A stretch of 64,000 bases of DNA from Corallochytrium limacisporum Hawaii (Eukaryota; Protista; Pluriformea). The position numbers and the translations under genes were made by a program. Below the pieces are notes generated by a model. That model was not told the DNA's origin and made no database searches. It saw nothing but the letters and a program-made list of their open reading frames with translations. Below are positions 37,910 through 47,738 of the stretch, piece after piece; the stretch's first letter is position 1, and every line of letters starts with the position of its first letter. The stretch lies in the NCBI GenBank assembly GCA_002811645.1, contig PDIP01000032.1:124001-188000 (forward strand), written 5' to 3'.

Positions 37910-38812
37910 ATGTCTAGACAAGATCAGTTCGACGGTATGCTGCTTGCAGTTGCCCAGCAGACCAGTGGCATTGATGAGCTTTTGGACGTGTTCTTTGGTT
38001 TCCTCGATCGTAAGACCGACTTCTATAGCAATCCACAGCAAGACCCAAAGGCTGCTGTGGACCGGGTATTCAAGAGGTACTGCAAGGCCAAGCAGTCGGT
38101 GCCTTCGAAGTCTACGCCGGCGAGCATCCAAGAGATCAAGGAAGAGAGGCCAGCAGAGGATGTGATGCAGACAATTGAAGCAGAGAGAAAGAAACAGGAA
38201 GAGTTGGTTGCTGCTGCGACTGCGAAAAAGACCGAGGGACCCAAGGACAGTGGGGAGACGAAGGAGGAAGATGGTCCGGAAGAGGGCAAACAGATGCCTA
38301 ATGTTGGCAACGGTGGCTTTGCCGACAATTACATTTGGTCACAGACTTTGGCTGACGTGGAAATTCGTCTACCCACTCAGATAGATGCCCGACTGAAGGG
38401 TCGTGACATTGTTGTGGACATCGGACGGCGCAAATTGAAGGTGGCTATCAAGAACGGCAAGACCCTTGTTGATGGTGAGCTGTACAACGAAGTGAAGGCA
38501 GATGAAAGCTTTTGGACACTGGAAGATGGCAAGACCATTGTAGTGCAGTTGAACAAAATTAACGCCATGGAGTGGTGGGAATCTATTGTGAAAGGTGGTC
38601 CTGCCATTGATACCAAGAAAGTGGAGCCGGAGAACAGCAACCTCAGTGACCTAGACGGAGACACTCGGCAAATGGTGGAGAAGATGATGTATGATCAGCG
38701 ACAAAAGCAGATGGGTTTGCCCACAAGTGATGAGCAGAAGAAGCAGGATATGCTCAACAAATTCATGGCGCAGCATCCAGAAATGGACTTCAGCAATGCA
38801 AAGATTCAGTAA
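37910..38812 (+). CDS. NUDC: Nuclear migration protein NudC
   Basis: FDGMLL..AQQ...FFGFL.RKTDF, a CS domain (Y.WSQTL), and PENS.LSDLDG.TR.MVEKMMYDQRQK...HPEMDFS. Confidence 0.97.
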   Translation: MSRQDQFDGMLLAVAQQTSGIDELLDVFFGFLDRKTDFYSNPQQDPKAAVDRVFKRYCKAKQSVPSKSTPASIQEIKEERPAEDVMQTIEAERKKQEELVAAATAKKTEGPKDSGETKEEDGPEEGKQMPNVGNGGFADNYIWSQTLADVEIRLPTQIDARLKGRDIVVDIGRRKLKVAIKNGKTLVDGELYNEVKADESFWTLEDGKTIVVQLNKINAMEWWESIVKGGPAIDTKKVEPENSNLSDLDGDTRQMVEKMMYDQRQKQMGLPTSDEQKKQDMLNKFMAQHPEMDFSNAKIQ

Positions 38813-39602
38813 TCAAGCTGTGTTTCTTACGAGATTTGTGCATGATTAAATCAACTCTTTCCTGTAATAAAGAAGATCCCGGGAGTTCAACAGGTTTGTC
38901 TTTCATGGCGGGCTTTGCGGTTTCGTCTCTCGCTTTAGGATCGGCCATCGCGGCTTCGATCTGCTTTTTTCGCTCTTCTCTTTGTTTCGTTTCCCTCTCT
39001 TTCCGGATCTTAATGTCACTCTTAACACGGTCATTCAACTCATCATAGTGGCATACGCTTTAATCGATGAGCCACCTGAGCCCTTCTTCAATCGCATCAT
39101 CAAGGCCCTCCGTGCCTTTTGCCTGACAAGAGACTATCTTTGGACACTTTTCATCTCCAATAAACCGGGACACAAGCGTTGCGTCTTGCTCGTTAGCAAT
39201 GAGATCTCTCTTGTTTCCAAGGAGTAGCAATGGCTTTCCCTTCACATGCTCATTCTCAAGGACTCCAGCCAGAACCTCTCGTGACCCCGCAAACTTTTGC
39301 TCATCTGTAAGATCAAACACTTAGATAACACCATGTACATCTGGTGTGTAGTTTGACCAGATATGAGGTATCCTTGTACCACCACCAACGTCGTATATTG
39401 TGACCTGTATGTCTCCCATTTGAAACACTTCCCGATTCAACCCGACCGTTGGGACAATATAGTCAACAGGTTGACCTTGAATTGCACTGACAACAGTCGA
39501 TTTTCCAGCATTATCTAGACCAAGTACCACGTATGTAAGGCCTCAAAACTGAGCGTCTGCATCCTGCTTGACTTGTAAGTTGCTTGAGCACCTGCAGCCC
39601 AT
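38790..39602 (-). pseudogene. ARL13B: ARL13B-like ciliary GTPase interrupted by three in-frame stops (TGA 39543-45, TAA 39321-23, TAA 39060-62)
   Basis: A single frame reads MGCRCS..QF*GLTYVVLGLDNAGKST..PTVG..YDVGGG..IW.NY..HGVI*VFD..GKPLLLLGNKRD..GLRWLID*SVCHYDELNDRV and then a coiled coil. DxGGG (no catalytic Gln) plus the coiled coil are ARL13 hallmarks. Confidence 0.85.
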
Positions 39603-40594
39603 TGCGTGGTCTCCCTGTACACATCGCTGGGAATGTTCGACTTGGAATTGGTTCGAATCTAGTATGGCGTTTGATGTTCATGGCTCCTCAGGGAGTTCAC
39701 ACCGCTTGAATAGGCGGAACTCATCATTTAGCGCTACTCTGTCAATCAGCCGTTGGGATTTCTGGTACTTCCTCTCACCCACATCAGCGCCTGTAGAGTT
39801 CAATGGGCAGACGAGGGTTGCCTTGACACGAATCCCTCTCAGTCCCCTCCGGGGCCCCAGGACAGTTTCGAGGTACCACCTATTTCCTGCCTTTCCAAGC
39901 CAAGGCCCATATCAGGGCAGAGGCCAAAGGTATCTATCTAATATGAAATCGAACTGATTGTGGTACCACTCTGGGCCGTGTGTCTACAAAGTACAAGCAG
40001 CGCAGTTTTCTGATCCTCTATCCATCCAGAGGTAGCCCGGCCTGTTACCGCATGAGGTGTCCATACTAAACGCCAATCGACTGGACGATGGCCCCCAGTG
40101 CGTATGCAAATCCCTGTAATTCTGTTTTGTAACAAAAGAAACTCTTGGCGTCAGCAGGAAAAAAAATTGCCCGGCGTCCCAATGCTGTCTGTGAAAGTCC
40201 GCGAAGCCGTCCAGCATAAGAGTACTCAAGGTTCTGGACTCAGTGGCATTTCTACCACAGTTCGTGTAGAAACCACTACGACGCCCTCTTTTGGAAGACG
40301 TCGGAACGCTCGAGACAGAGTGGACAAGTATCGAGCAACCCAGTCGTGCCGCCGGTAGTTAGATATGCCCTGGTGATTTTTGCACCCGGGAGAGTGCGGG
40401 GGAATGGCGCAAGACGAAAAAGGGCTAGGTAGCCAGCCACACAACCCGCGGGAGTTGCAATAGTCCAGTATAGCAGGGCGGTGACACTAAAAGGCGGTGG
40501 AGGCAGTACCTGGGATAAAGCGCACACATTCATTCTTATGGTCGGAAATTAAAACTATTTCATTGAAAACGGAAATCAGCTTGCGAAACTTTAT

Positions 40595-40987
40595 ATGGCG
40601 ATCTTATTGACCAGAGTCTACTGCACAATAGAAACTTGCCGCGAATCTAGTGCAATGACAAGCAACGGTACAGAACAGCCCAAGGACAGTGGGCAGAAGG
40701 CTGAGTCTTCAAGCTCCCGCAAGCGCCGTTCCGTAAAGAACAGAGAACAGCATAATCGTCTGGAAAAATATCGTCGGGCTCATCTGAAAGCCTGCTTCGA
40801 AGAACTTAAAGAAACGATCCCGAGCATTCAGGACAGCAAAGCATCTACTGTGGCCATCCTCCAGCATGCCACGAAGTACACAGGGGCACTGAACCAGCAT
40901 TACGAGCAAACTATAATTAGGATTGCTAAGCTACGATATATTAATGAATGGTGCAAGCAGCAAATGGCTGAAATTGAGGGTAAATAA
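40595..40987 (+). CDS. MNT/Mxd-like bHLH-ZIP transcription factor (start ATG 40595 or 40655)
   Basis: REQHNRLEKYRRAHLKACFEELKETIP closely parallels MNT (REVHNKLEKNRRAHLKECFETLK..IP), and a short zipper follows. Confidence 0.85.
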   Translation: MAILLTRVYCTIETCRESSAMTSNGTEQPKDSGQKAESSSSRKRRSVKNREQHNRLEKYRRAHLKACFEELKETIPSIQDSKASTVAILQHATKYTGALNQHYEQTIIRIAKLRYINEWCKQQMAEIEGK

Positions 40988-41011
40988 AGCAGATAATAAA
41001 TATAGGCTTGC

Positions 41012-43186
41012 TCATTCTCGTGTTCCCTTGGCTGTGCTAAGCACAATAACGCAGACGTCATGGACGGGAATATGAAACAGTTTCCGGGACGCCAAATAGC
41101 TTCGTACACCGGAGATTCTGTCCAGGTCTACGTCCTCTGTGGGTTCAGCAGAAAGGCCAGCGTCTTGAATCTCATCGAAGAGCTCATCGACCTCGTCACT
41201 TGGCATTTCCAGAATGATTCGGGCCTCATTCGCAATATGCAATCTCGCACCAATTTCGGCCCAGCCCTGCCGAATACCACGTAACATAGCATTGAAGTTC
41301 CTAATGAGTGAGGTTGACACACCGGAAGAAGTTATCTGTGCAAGCAAGAGGTTTTGAACTGCGAAATGATCCAGCTCAGGTACTAAGAAATCGAGGAGGT
41401 CAGAATGCAATCGGTGGTTGAGCATGGCGCGCGCGCTTAGCAAGTGCTGGGATGCGATTGTTATGGATTCGGCCCAGACTAAAGTAGATGGGTGGTAGGA
41501 CATAATATCATCGTCGACCTGGTCGTCAGTACCATCTGGGTCCGCACATGTACGCCAGCTCAACTTCTTGATGAATCCCATGACCGTGTCACAGAGCAAC
41601 CCCGTGCAACGCCGTTCTGCATCTTCATACACCTTTTCGATGCCCATGAGATCAACCGTATCATCGGAATTCTCTGACTCATCTTTCAGCGCAAATGAAT
41701 CCAATAAACTGTGTTGTACATTTCCGATTGACTGCCGAAGCTCAGACAGACTGTTACCAATCTGACACAGTGCCCTCAGAGTTTTGTCCACGTGTCCCTG
41801 CAGGCGACTACATGTCAGCGCAGCTGAAGACAGCTCAGTTTCCGTGGCACTCAGGGTCGGAATAAAACACTTGCGGACGAACCAACGCCTTTTCTCGGCA
41901 CTTGCAATCAATGTACACCTGTCAGTGAACGACGATGTATAGATAATGAGCCGCCTCATTTCTGGCAGCAGACCATTTTCTCCCGTGTGGTCGACTGCAA
42001 TATCCTGTATGATCAAATTCTTAACAAATTGGTCCGCTGTACCAACGAGCTGGAACGCCTTCTCATACCCAGACTGCTCGTATGTTTGAAAGAGTTCCCA
42101 GAGTTTGTCATACTGCAGCAGTCGGTTCATCAGACTGTCCTCTAAATTCACACCATTCAGATTCAAAAGGCGGCGATCAAAGAGCAGAACCTCGCCGAAT
42201 GTGTGATTCAGGAGTCCATCGTCCTTTACTATTGTATCCTGATCTACCAATATTTTCTGCGCCGCAAGATCGACAGCCCGTTTAGCAAGTAGAGGGATCA
42301 ATGAGGGAAGCCAATTCAATCCGCGTTTCCGCAAGTCGGCATCGATGGTTTCGTAGCATCCCAATGAATTCAGCAAGAAGGTGAGGTACCACTCCGGCTT
42401 ATCAACCCGATTGGTTGGCCGATCTCCGATGAAATGAAATTGGAATCTTTTCAGAATGGGTGTCAGGAAGGACGTCACGAGAAAGTCGAATCGGATGGGC
42501 TTCTCATCCCGTATTCTCAAAGTCACTGGCATGCCCGCAGAACCATTGCTGTTTCTGTCATTTTCCATCAATCCCGACGTAGTCATGATCACGGGGTTCT
42601 CCAGAAAAACCATCTCCGTGACTAGTGACACCAACGATTTCCGAACTGGCAGAGACAACTCATCTGCATCCTGAACCTTCGCAAGCCACCCTACCTGATT
42701 AAACATGGCCTGGAAGTGTCGATCCAAAAATTCTCTTATAGCTTGCTGCCAATATAATTGTTCCCTTTCAATGAAAGAATTGAGACGTGTGCATGCTGAG
42801 CCAGAAGAATGTTCCATAAGCAGTGACAATTTCCCATAGTTCTGCAGGATCTGTTCCCGCTGATTGTCCTGCAGTGGTTCCTGAGGCCGCAACGCCAAAA
42901 CTGCTGCCACGTATCTACTGTACTGGTCAATCAAAAACCATCCTCCTCTCTTTTGCAATGCATCAGCATCTGATGAGGATGAGGCGTACCGGCTGTTGCT
43001 CTCCTTCGGTAAGTGTAGCTTCGCGTCTTTGAGTAACCCCTGGAGATCTGACACCTCCTCTCGCAACGCCGAATCTAGTGACTTATGTGTCTGTTTCAGA
43101 GTATCTAGCGACGCAGCCAGGTGCAATCGGTCTGCTTCTGCATCTTCCAATGCAGATTTTAATGTTTCTCTAATATTGTGGGTCAT
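41012..43186 (-). CDS. RINT1: RINT1/Tip20 ER tethering-complex subunit
   Basis: Signature PILKRFQFHF.G.RPTNRVDKPEWYL, H.FGEVLLFD..L and an N-terminal coiled coil. First ATG is at 43186. Confidence 0.92.
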   Translation of the reverse strand: MTHNIRETLKSALEDAEADRLHLAASLDTLKQTHKSLDSALREEVSDLQGLLKDAKLHLPKESNSRYASSSSDADALQKRGGWFLIDQYSRYVAAVLALRPQEPLQDNQREQILQNYGKLSLLMEHSSGSACTRLNSFIEREQLYWQQAIREFLDRHFQAMFNQVGWLAKVQDADELSLPVRKSLVSLVTEMVFLENPVIMTTSGLMENDRNSNGSAGMPVTLRIRDEKPIRFDFLVTSFLTPILKRFQFHFIGDRPTNRVDKPEWYLTFLLNSLGCYETIDADLRKRGLNWLPSLIPLLAKRAVDLAAQKILVDQDTIVKDDGLLNHTFGEVLLFDRRLLNLNGVNLEDSLMNRLLQYDKLWELFQTYEQSGYEKAFQLVGTADQFVKNLIIQDIAVDHTGENGLLPEMRRLIIYTSSFTDRCTLIASAEKRRWFVRKCFIPTLSATETELSSAALTCSRLQGHVDKTLRALCQIGNSLSELRQSIGNVQHSLLDSFALKDESENSDDTVDLMGIEKVYEDAERRCTGLLCDTVMGFIKKLSWRTCADPDGTDDQVDDDIMSYHPSTLVWAESITIASQHLLSARAMLNHRLHSDLLDFLVPELDHFAVQNLLLAQITSSGVSTSLIRNFNAMLRGIRQGWAEIGARLHIANEARIILEMPSDEVDELFDEIQDAGLSAEPTEDVDLDRISGVRSYLASRKLFHIPVHDVCVIVLSTAKGTRE

Positions 43187-43719
43187 GTTGTTAACATAAC
43201 GGCGCGCTCCAAGATCACATATTACCAAGGATGTTGGAGCCGATGGCCTGCCTACGTGATATCCATGCTCTACGTAACTTAGTTCTAAAGATTCTATGAT
43301 TTTCACTCTAAGAAAAGAAGGGAAGATCTTCTAGCCGGGAATCATGCACTTCGTACCTTTTAGATGCACTGTCAGATATGCCAGGCTGGTCCGGACGGCA
43401 AAGCTCACCGCTTTGTGCACAGTCCAGATCCACATGAGCCCCTAGTGTAAGCTAGAATGCGCGGGCATTTGTTTGCCTTGGCGGGGAAGGGGCGATACCG
43501 ACTGGTCGTAGGCGAATTGGGCAGCTGAAGGACTTTGGTGGTTTTGTGGGGGGAGGGTGGGGCTGTCCGAACGATCCAAAAACGAGGAGGACTGGATATC
43601 GGGTGTAACAATAACAACAATTGCAAGGTACTTACGTCTCCAATGCGTTGGAAATGCTCATTGAATGATGACTATCTAGTCTTGACGTTGGAACTTTACT
43701 GTTCCACAAAATAAAAATT

Positions 43720-44952
43720 ATGGATTCCCTTAGACAGCGGCTATCCGCGGTGTGCGTACAGAACCCACCAGATGGCGCTGAAGCAGAGGCTGAACAATGT
43801 CTTGATGTTGCCATGCAAGGGGCAAAGTCTGGTGAAACGGGCCCTATTGAGCTCTGGCTGGACATGATTCTGCAAGAAGGAGTTTCGGCGCAATTGCCGC
43901 GCGCTGGTATCCCTGCCTTTCTCAGATCTTTGGAAGCATCGGACGGATTAGGTGAACAAATCGTAGTGCATATAGGAGAGAAGGCATTGAATTTGTTGGA
44001 GACTAGGCGGCTGATGTTCGAAGAGAACATTGTACGTCTACGAAAAGTTTTATCGGGTGTATTTGAAAAGCAAGAAGACTTTGTGAAGGCAGCACAAATT
44101 CTGGCACCAATCACGGAATATCACCATCTGCGCATATTCACTCCGAACCTGAAGTTCGGAGATCTCCTACACATTGCAGAGCTATATCTAAAAGGGGATA
44201 GTCATGTTCAAGCTGACAGTTTTATCAGTCGTGCATCTGTGCTCCAGGCGGATGTGGATGATCAAAAGCTCTTCATCAAGTTCCAGGAAATGTATACCAC
44301 CATTCTGGACTTGAAGCGTAGGTTTATGGACGCCGCACAGCGATACTACGATCTGAGTTGGCAGCCATCTGAATACATTGCTGAGGACGAACGCGAATAT
44401 GTACTGGAGCGAGCCATTGTCTGCACTATTCTCTCTGGAGCCGGGCAGCAGAGAACTCGAATGCTGGGCATTCTCTATCGCGACGAAAGAAGTCATCGTC
44501 TGGATGTATACGACGTGCTCAAGAAAACTCACCTTCAGCGTCTCCTTGGCAAGGCCGATATGGAACTCTTCGCAAAACGCCTGGGTGCTCATCAATTGGC
44601 CACACTGGCAGACGGCAGTACAATTCTCGATCGGGCTGTTCGTGAACATAATCTTTTGTGTGTCAGTCAATTATACAACAACATTGCAATAAGTGAATTG
44701 GCACTATTGCTTGGATTTTCGGAATCTGTGGCGGAGAAGACAGCGGCAACAATGATCTCAGAGGGTCGAATGGAAGGCAGAATAGATCAGAAGGAAAAGA
44801 TGATTTATTTTGCAGACGATGAACGAGATATTCAGCGCTGGGATGACAAGGTTCATGGAATCTGCTTGCAGTTAAATGACTGCCTTGAAAAGATTCAGGA
44901 GTTGCATCCAGATGGAATCCCTAATGTGAATAGTATGGACATTGCCTCCTAA
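43720..44952 (+). CDS. COPS4: COP9 signalosome subunit 4
   Basis: Motifs LD.KRRF.DAAQRY, AGQQR.RML..LY.DER, HQLA..ADGSTILDRAV.EHNLL, LYNNI and MISEGRM.G.IDQ (PCI domain). Confidence 0.96.
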   Translation: MDSLRQRLSAVCVQNPPDGAEAEAEQCLDVAMQGAKSGETGPIELWLDMILQEGVSAQLPRAGIPAFLRSLEASDGLGEQIVVHIGEKALNLLETRRLMFEENIVRLRKVLSGVFEKQEDFVKAAQILAPITEYHHLRIFTPNLKFGDLLHIAELYLKGDSHVQADSFISRASVLQADVDDQKLFIKFQEMYTTILDLKRRFMDAAQRYYDLSWQPSEYIAEDEREYVLERAIVCTILSGAGQQRTRMLGILYRDERSHRLDVYDVLKKTHLQRLLGKADMELFAKRLGAHQLATLADGSTILDRAVREHNLLCVSQLYNNIAISELALLLGFSESVAEKTAATMISEGRMEGRIDQKEKMIYFADDERDIQRWDDKVHGICLQLNDCLEKIQELHPDGIPNVNSMDIAS

Positions 44953-45105
44953 GTGTATCCAATATATGAATTCAATTCTAAGACATCATCGCAACTTCAA
45001 TTCAATATGCGATAATTTAATAATAGATGGGAAATTCTTATTTAGCTCTGCAAGAATTTTTCTTGTAGAGGGATGTAATTAGGCAGGACCCCAATACTGC
45101 AGCCT

Positions 45106-47103
45106 TTACATCTCCTCACTAACTTCAATATACCCACAGCCACACTTACGGATCATGTTTCCATCATCATCGTGGCCAATGTCTTCAAATTCGTGAACGT
45201 GGTCTACACGTGCTGCCTTTTGGATCTGTTCCGAGCGTTCAGACACAGCCATTCTTCTTTTCCGTTCCTGTTCTTCTTGAACATACTTCTTGTAGTTGAA
45301 TTGGCGCTGAATTCTGTCTCTGTGGATCAGTAGTCTGCAAATTCGGCTCCAATTACCAACGGTTCTTTTGGACTTTGCTTCAGCCAATTTGCGCGCTTCC
45401 ATCGCTTCATATTCTGCGATTCCTGCCAGGATAAAGTCCTCTGTTTCCTGACATACTACAATGCCTTTTGTGATAGGCACCATTCGTCCACTTTGATACT
45501 CAAAATCGACGACTGCTTTTGCAAAGTCAATTCCCAATTTCTTCGCAATTGTGTCTGATTTTCTCGCGAGTATGTGGATACAATTCTTTGGTAGCATGCT
45601 CGGCTGAAAGAGGTCCACAAAACCATATCGATTTTTGGGCACTCGCCCATTTTCAGCACTGGGCGGAATGTACTTTTCTGTTTGCCACTCACCGAAGAGC
45701 TCCTGGTCCTCCTTGTTTTTTCGCTTAGCAGTCTTGATCGGAGTTGCGTCCTCCTTCAGCACCTTCGCCATCTTCAGCCAACCCTCCTTCGATCTTAGTT
45801 TCCGCACATTGGCACGCGGATAGATTGCCTCTCCTTTTATACGTCCCAGAATCGGTTGCATTGGATGGATGACTTCGTAGGTTCCGACAAACTTAGCCAT
45901 TGCGTACATTGGATGGTTGCGATAGTCTTGCATCTTCGTCGGTAGGGGTCCTGACATGTGAGCGGAGGTGAGCAAAATGTCCTCGTTCTCTTGCTCAATG
46001 GTCTTTGTATTGTCTAGCTTGGCGATCAACTGACTCCACCATGTCCCATCAGGTCGTTCCTTTTGGGTTCTATGTAACCAATTCGTCGCATATCTGGCCG
46101 TGACGTCTCGAATGTTTCCCGTATTGTCAACGCCCACCACGTAGGTCAGCTGACGTTTAAGCTTGGCCTCAACTTGCATGGGCTTGTCGCTAATGCCACT
46201 GATTGGGTCATACATAATCCACCGTCGTGTTGGTCCCTCATCAAGCTTTAGTTCTACCCAGTGAGTCATCGGAGACTGTTCCCGTCCACTAGCTTGATCG
46301 GATGGGGAAACCCACTGTTTGACTGGTGATATCCTGTCCACACTGTCTTGTACTAAACCTGTGGTCTGTTGAATATGAGCAGTCCACAAGTTGCTCATTT
46401 GCTCGGCCAGCGCTCTCATATTCGGTGCATCTGTACGGATGTATGTGTTCTTGTTCATGCGGTAATCTAAAGGACGCAGAGGTTTCACAATCCGAGCTGA
46501 GACGTCGAATGCGCGGCACAGTGCCACGAAAACACAGGCAAGTTCCTCATAAGTTCCACTCTGGGTTCGTATTACCTCGAGCAGCCTCTTGCGAGTGAGT
46601 TGTCGGCTTTGCCGGACGTCTAATCCTTCAGGCATGAAGAAATCGTCAGGAAGCACATCTTCCTTGCAGAGCCGGAATGTTCTCTGGTACCAGACAAAGA
46701 GGTGCCCGACCAAACGGTTTTTTGAGCCCTGTTGCAGTTTCAATTCCGGGGGCACTGATGCAGCAACTGCATCTTTGACTTTGTCATGATTGACGCACTC
46801 ATTCAGATGTTGCAAGTTTGCAACTTCACAAATAAGGTGAGTTTTGTGGCAAACGGTACGTAGCTCTCTTGCCCTGCGTAGCGACACATCTGAAGTTTCT
46901 TCCACCTCAGTACTGTCCCTATCCTCGTTTACTGATATCCGAATGCTTTCTTCTGGAAGGTGAATGCTCCCTGTCTCTGAAATCTCCTCCCAATTCTGTT
47001 CATTTTCAGCATCATCAACGATCTCTGACTGAGAAACCACCGCATCGAGCAGCTTATCTGGGTTTTCGCCGGGGTCATCCCTTGTCTTGTAGAGCCGCGG
47101 CAT
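45106..47103 (-). CDS. XPC: DNA damage recognition protein XPC/Rad4
   Basis: Motifs HKTHL, FVALCRA..V.AR.V, HWVE, RDVTARY, NHPMY, LFGEWQT, VPKN.YG.VD and AVVDFEY...P...GIVV, plus the centrin-binding-like NWSRICRLL. Confidence 0.95.
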   Translation of the reverse strand: MPRLYKTRDDPGENPDKLLDAVVSQSEIVDDAENEQNWEEISETGSIHLPEESIRISVNEDRDSTEVEETSDVSLRRARELRTVCHKTHLICEVANLQHLNECVNHDKVKDAVAASVPPELKLQQGSKNRLVGHLFVWYQRTFRLCKEDVLPDDFFMPEGLDVRQSRQLTRKRLLEVIRTQSGTYEELACVFVALCRAFDVSARIVKPLRPLDYRMNKNTYIRTDAPNMRALAEQMSNLWTAHIQQTTGLVQDSVDRISPVKQWVSPSDQASGREQSPMTHWVELKLDEGPTRRWIMYDPISGISDKPMQVEAKLKRQLTYVVGVDNTGNIRDVTARYATNWLHRTQKERPDGTWWSQLIAKLDNTKTIEQENEDILLTSAHMSGPLPTKMQDYRNHPMYAMAKFVGTYEVIHPMQPILGRIKGEAIYPRANVRKLRSKEGWLKMAKVLKEDATPIKTAKRKNKEDQELFGEWQTEKYIPPSAENGRVPKNRYGFVDLFQPSMLPKNCIHILARKSDTIAKKLGIDFAKAVVDFEYQSGRMVPITKGIVVCQETEDFILAGIAEYEAMEARKLAEAKSKRTVGNWSRICRLLIHRDRIQRQFNYKKYVQEEQERKRRMAVSERSEQIQKAARVDHVHEFEDIGHDDDGNMIRKCGCGYIEVSEEM

Positions 47104-47738
47104 ATCAGGTGCAGATTTCACACCTCAAACTTGGATGAGTAGTGAAACATTCCCTTAGTTTCCAAACATGTTCGCTGTGTACGATCCAGATCTCGTGCTA
47201 TTCATCCGCGCGACGCGTATATTCAAATTGATACATCGTATGGAGGTAGTAGACTTTGACACATGATCGTGTATTTGGAACCATTCAGCTAGTTTGTTCG
47301 AATACCTAACAATCATCTATAAACGTCACATGAAGAAAAGAGATCCGAGAGTGCTGAGACACGGAAGAGGTGCTTCAAATCCTCTTTCTGCTCTCGCTTC
47401 CTTCGGAGTCAGCAATTGCCGGCAAAGAGGGTGGCTTGGGGGAGTATTGAACTTTGCAGCACAAACGGCGAGAAGCAATTTGGGTGTCGTTCGGGATCAT
47501 AGGGGGAGAGTAGGCCTCCCGCCCCCACCTACCGGGAGGAGGAGGGGAAAGGAAGACCACACATAGCACAGGGTCAAGAGGGCCACTTAAGGAACCAGTG
47601 GAAAGTGATGTATGCGACTCGTGTACTGATCGTCTCAACTTTTCTACGAAATGAAATGCTAATTTATGATGTTTTTATGAGAAATGTGTCCGTCTGTGTC
47701 AATGACTATCTATGCACGTCCCGTTCGATGCACGAACC

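Noticed and set aside
47104-47205. In-frame upstream ATG of XPC separated by TAA and TGA
   Set aside because: The segment is short with no protein-like signal, so it is compatible with chance.
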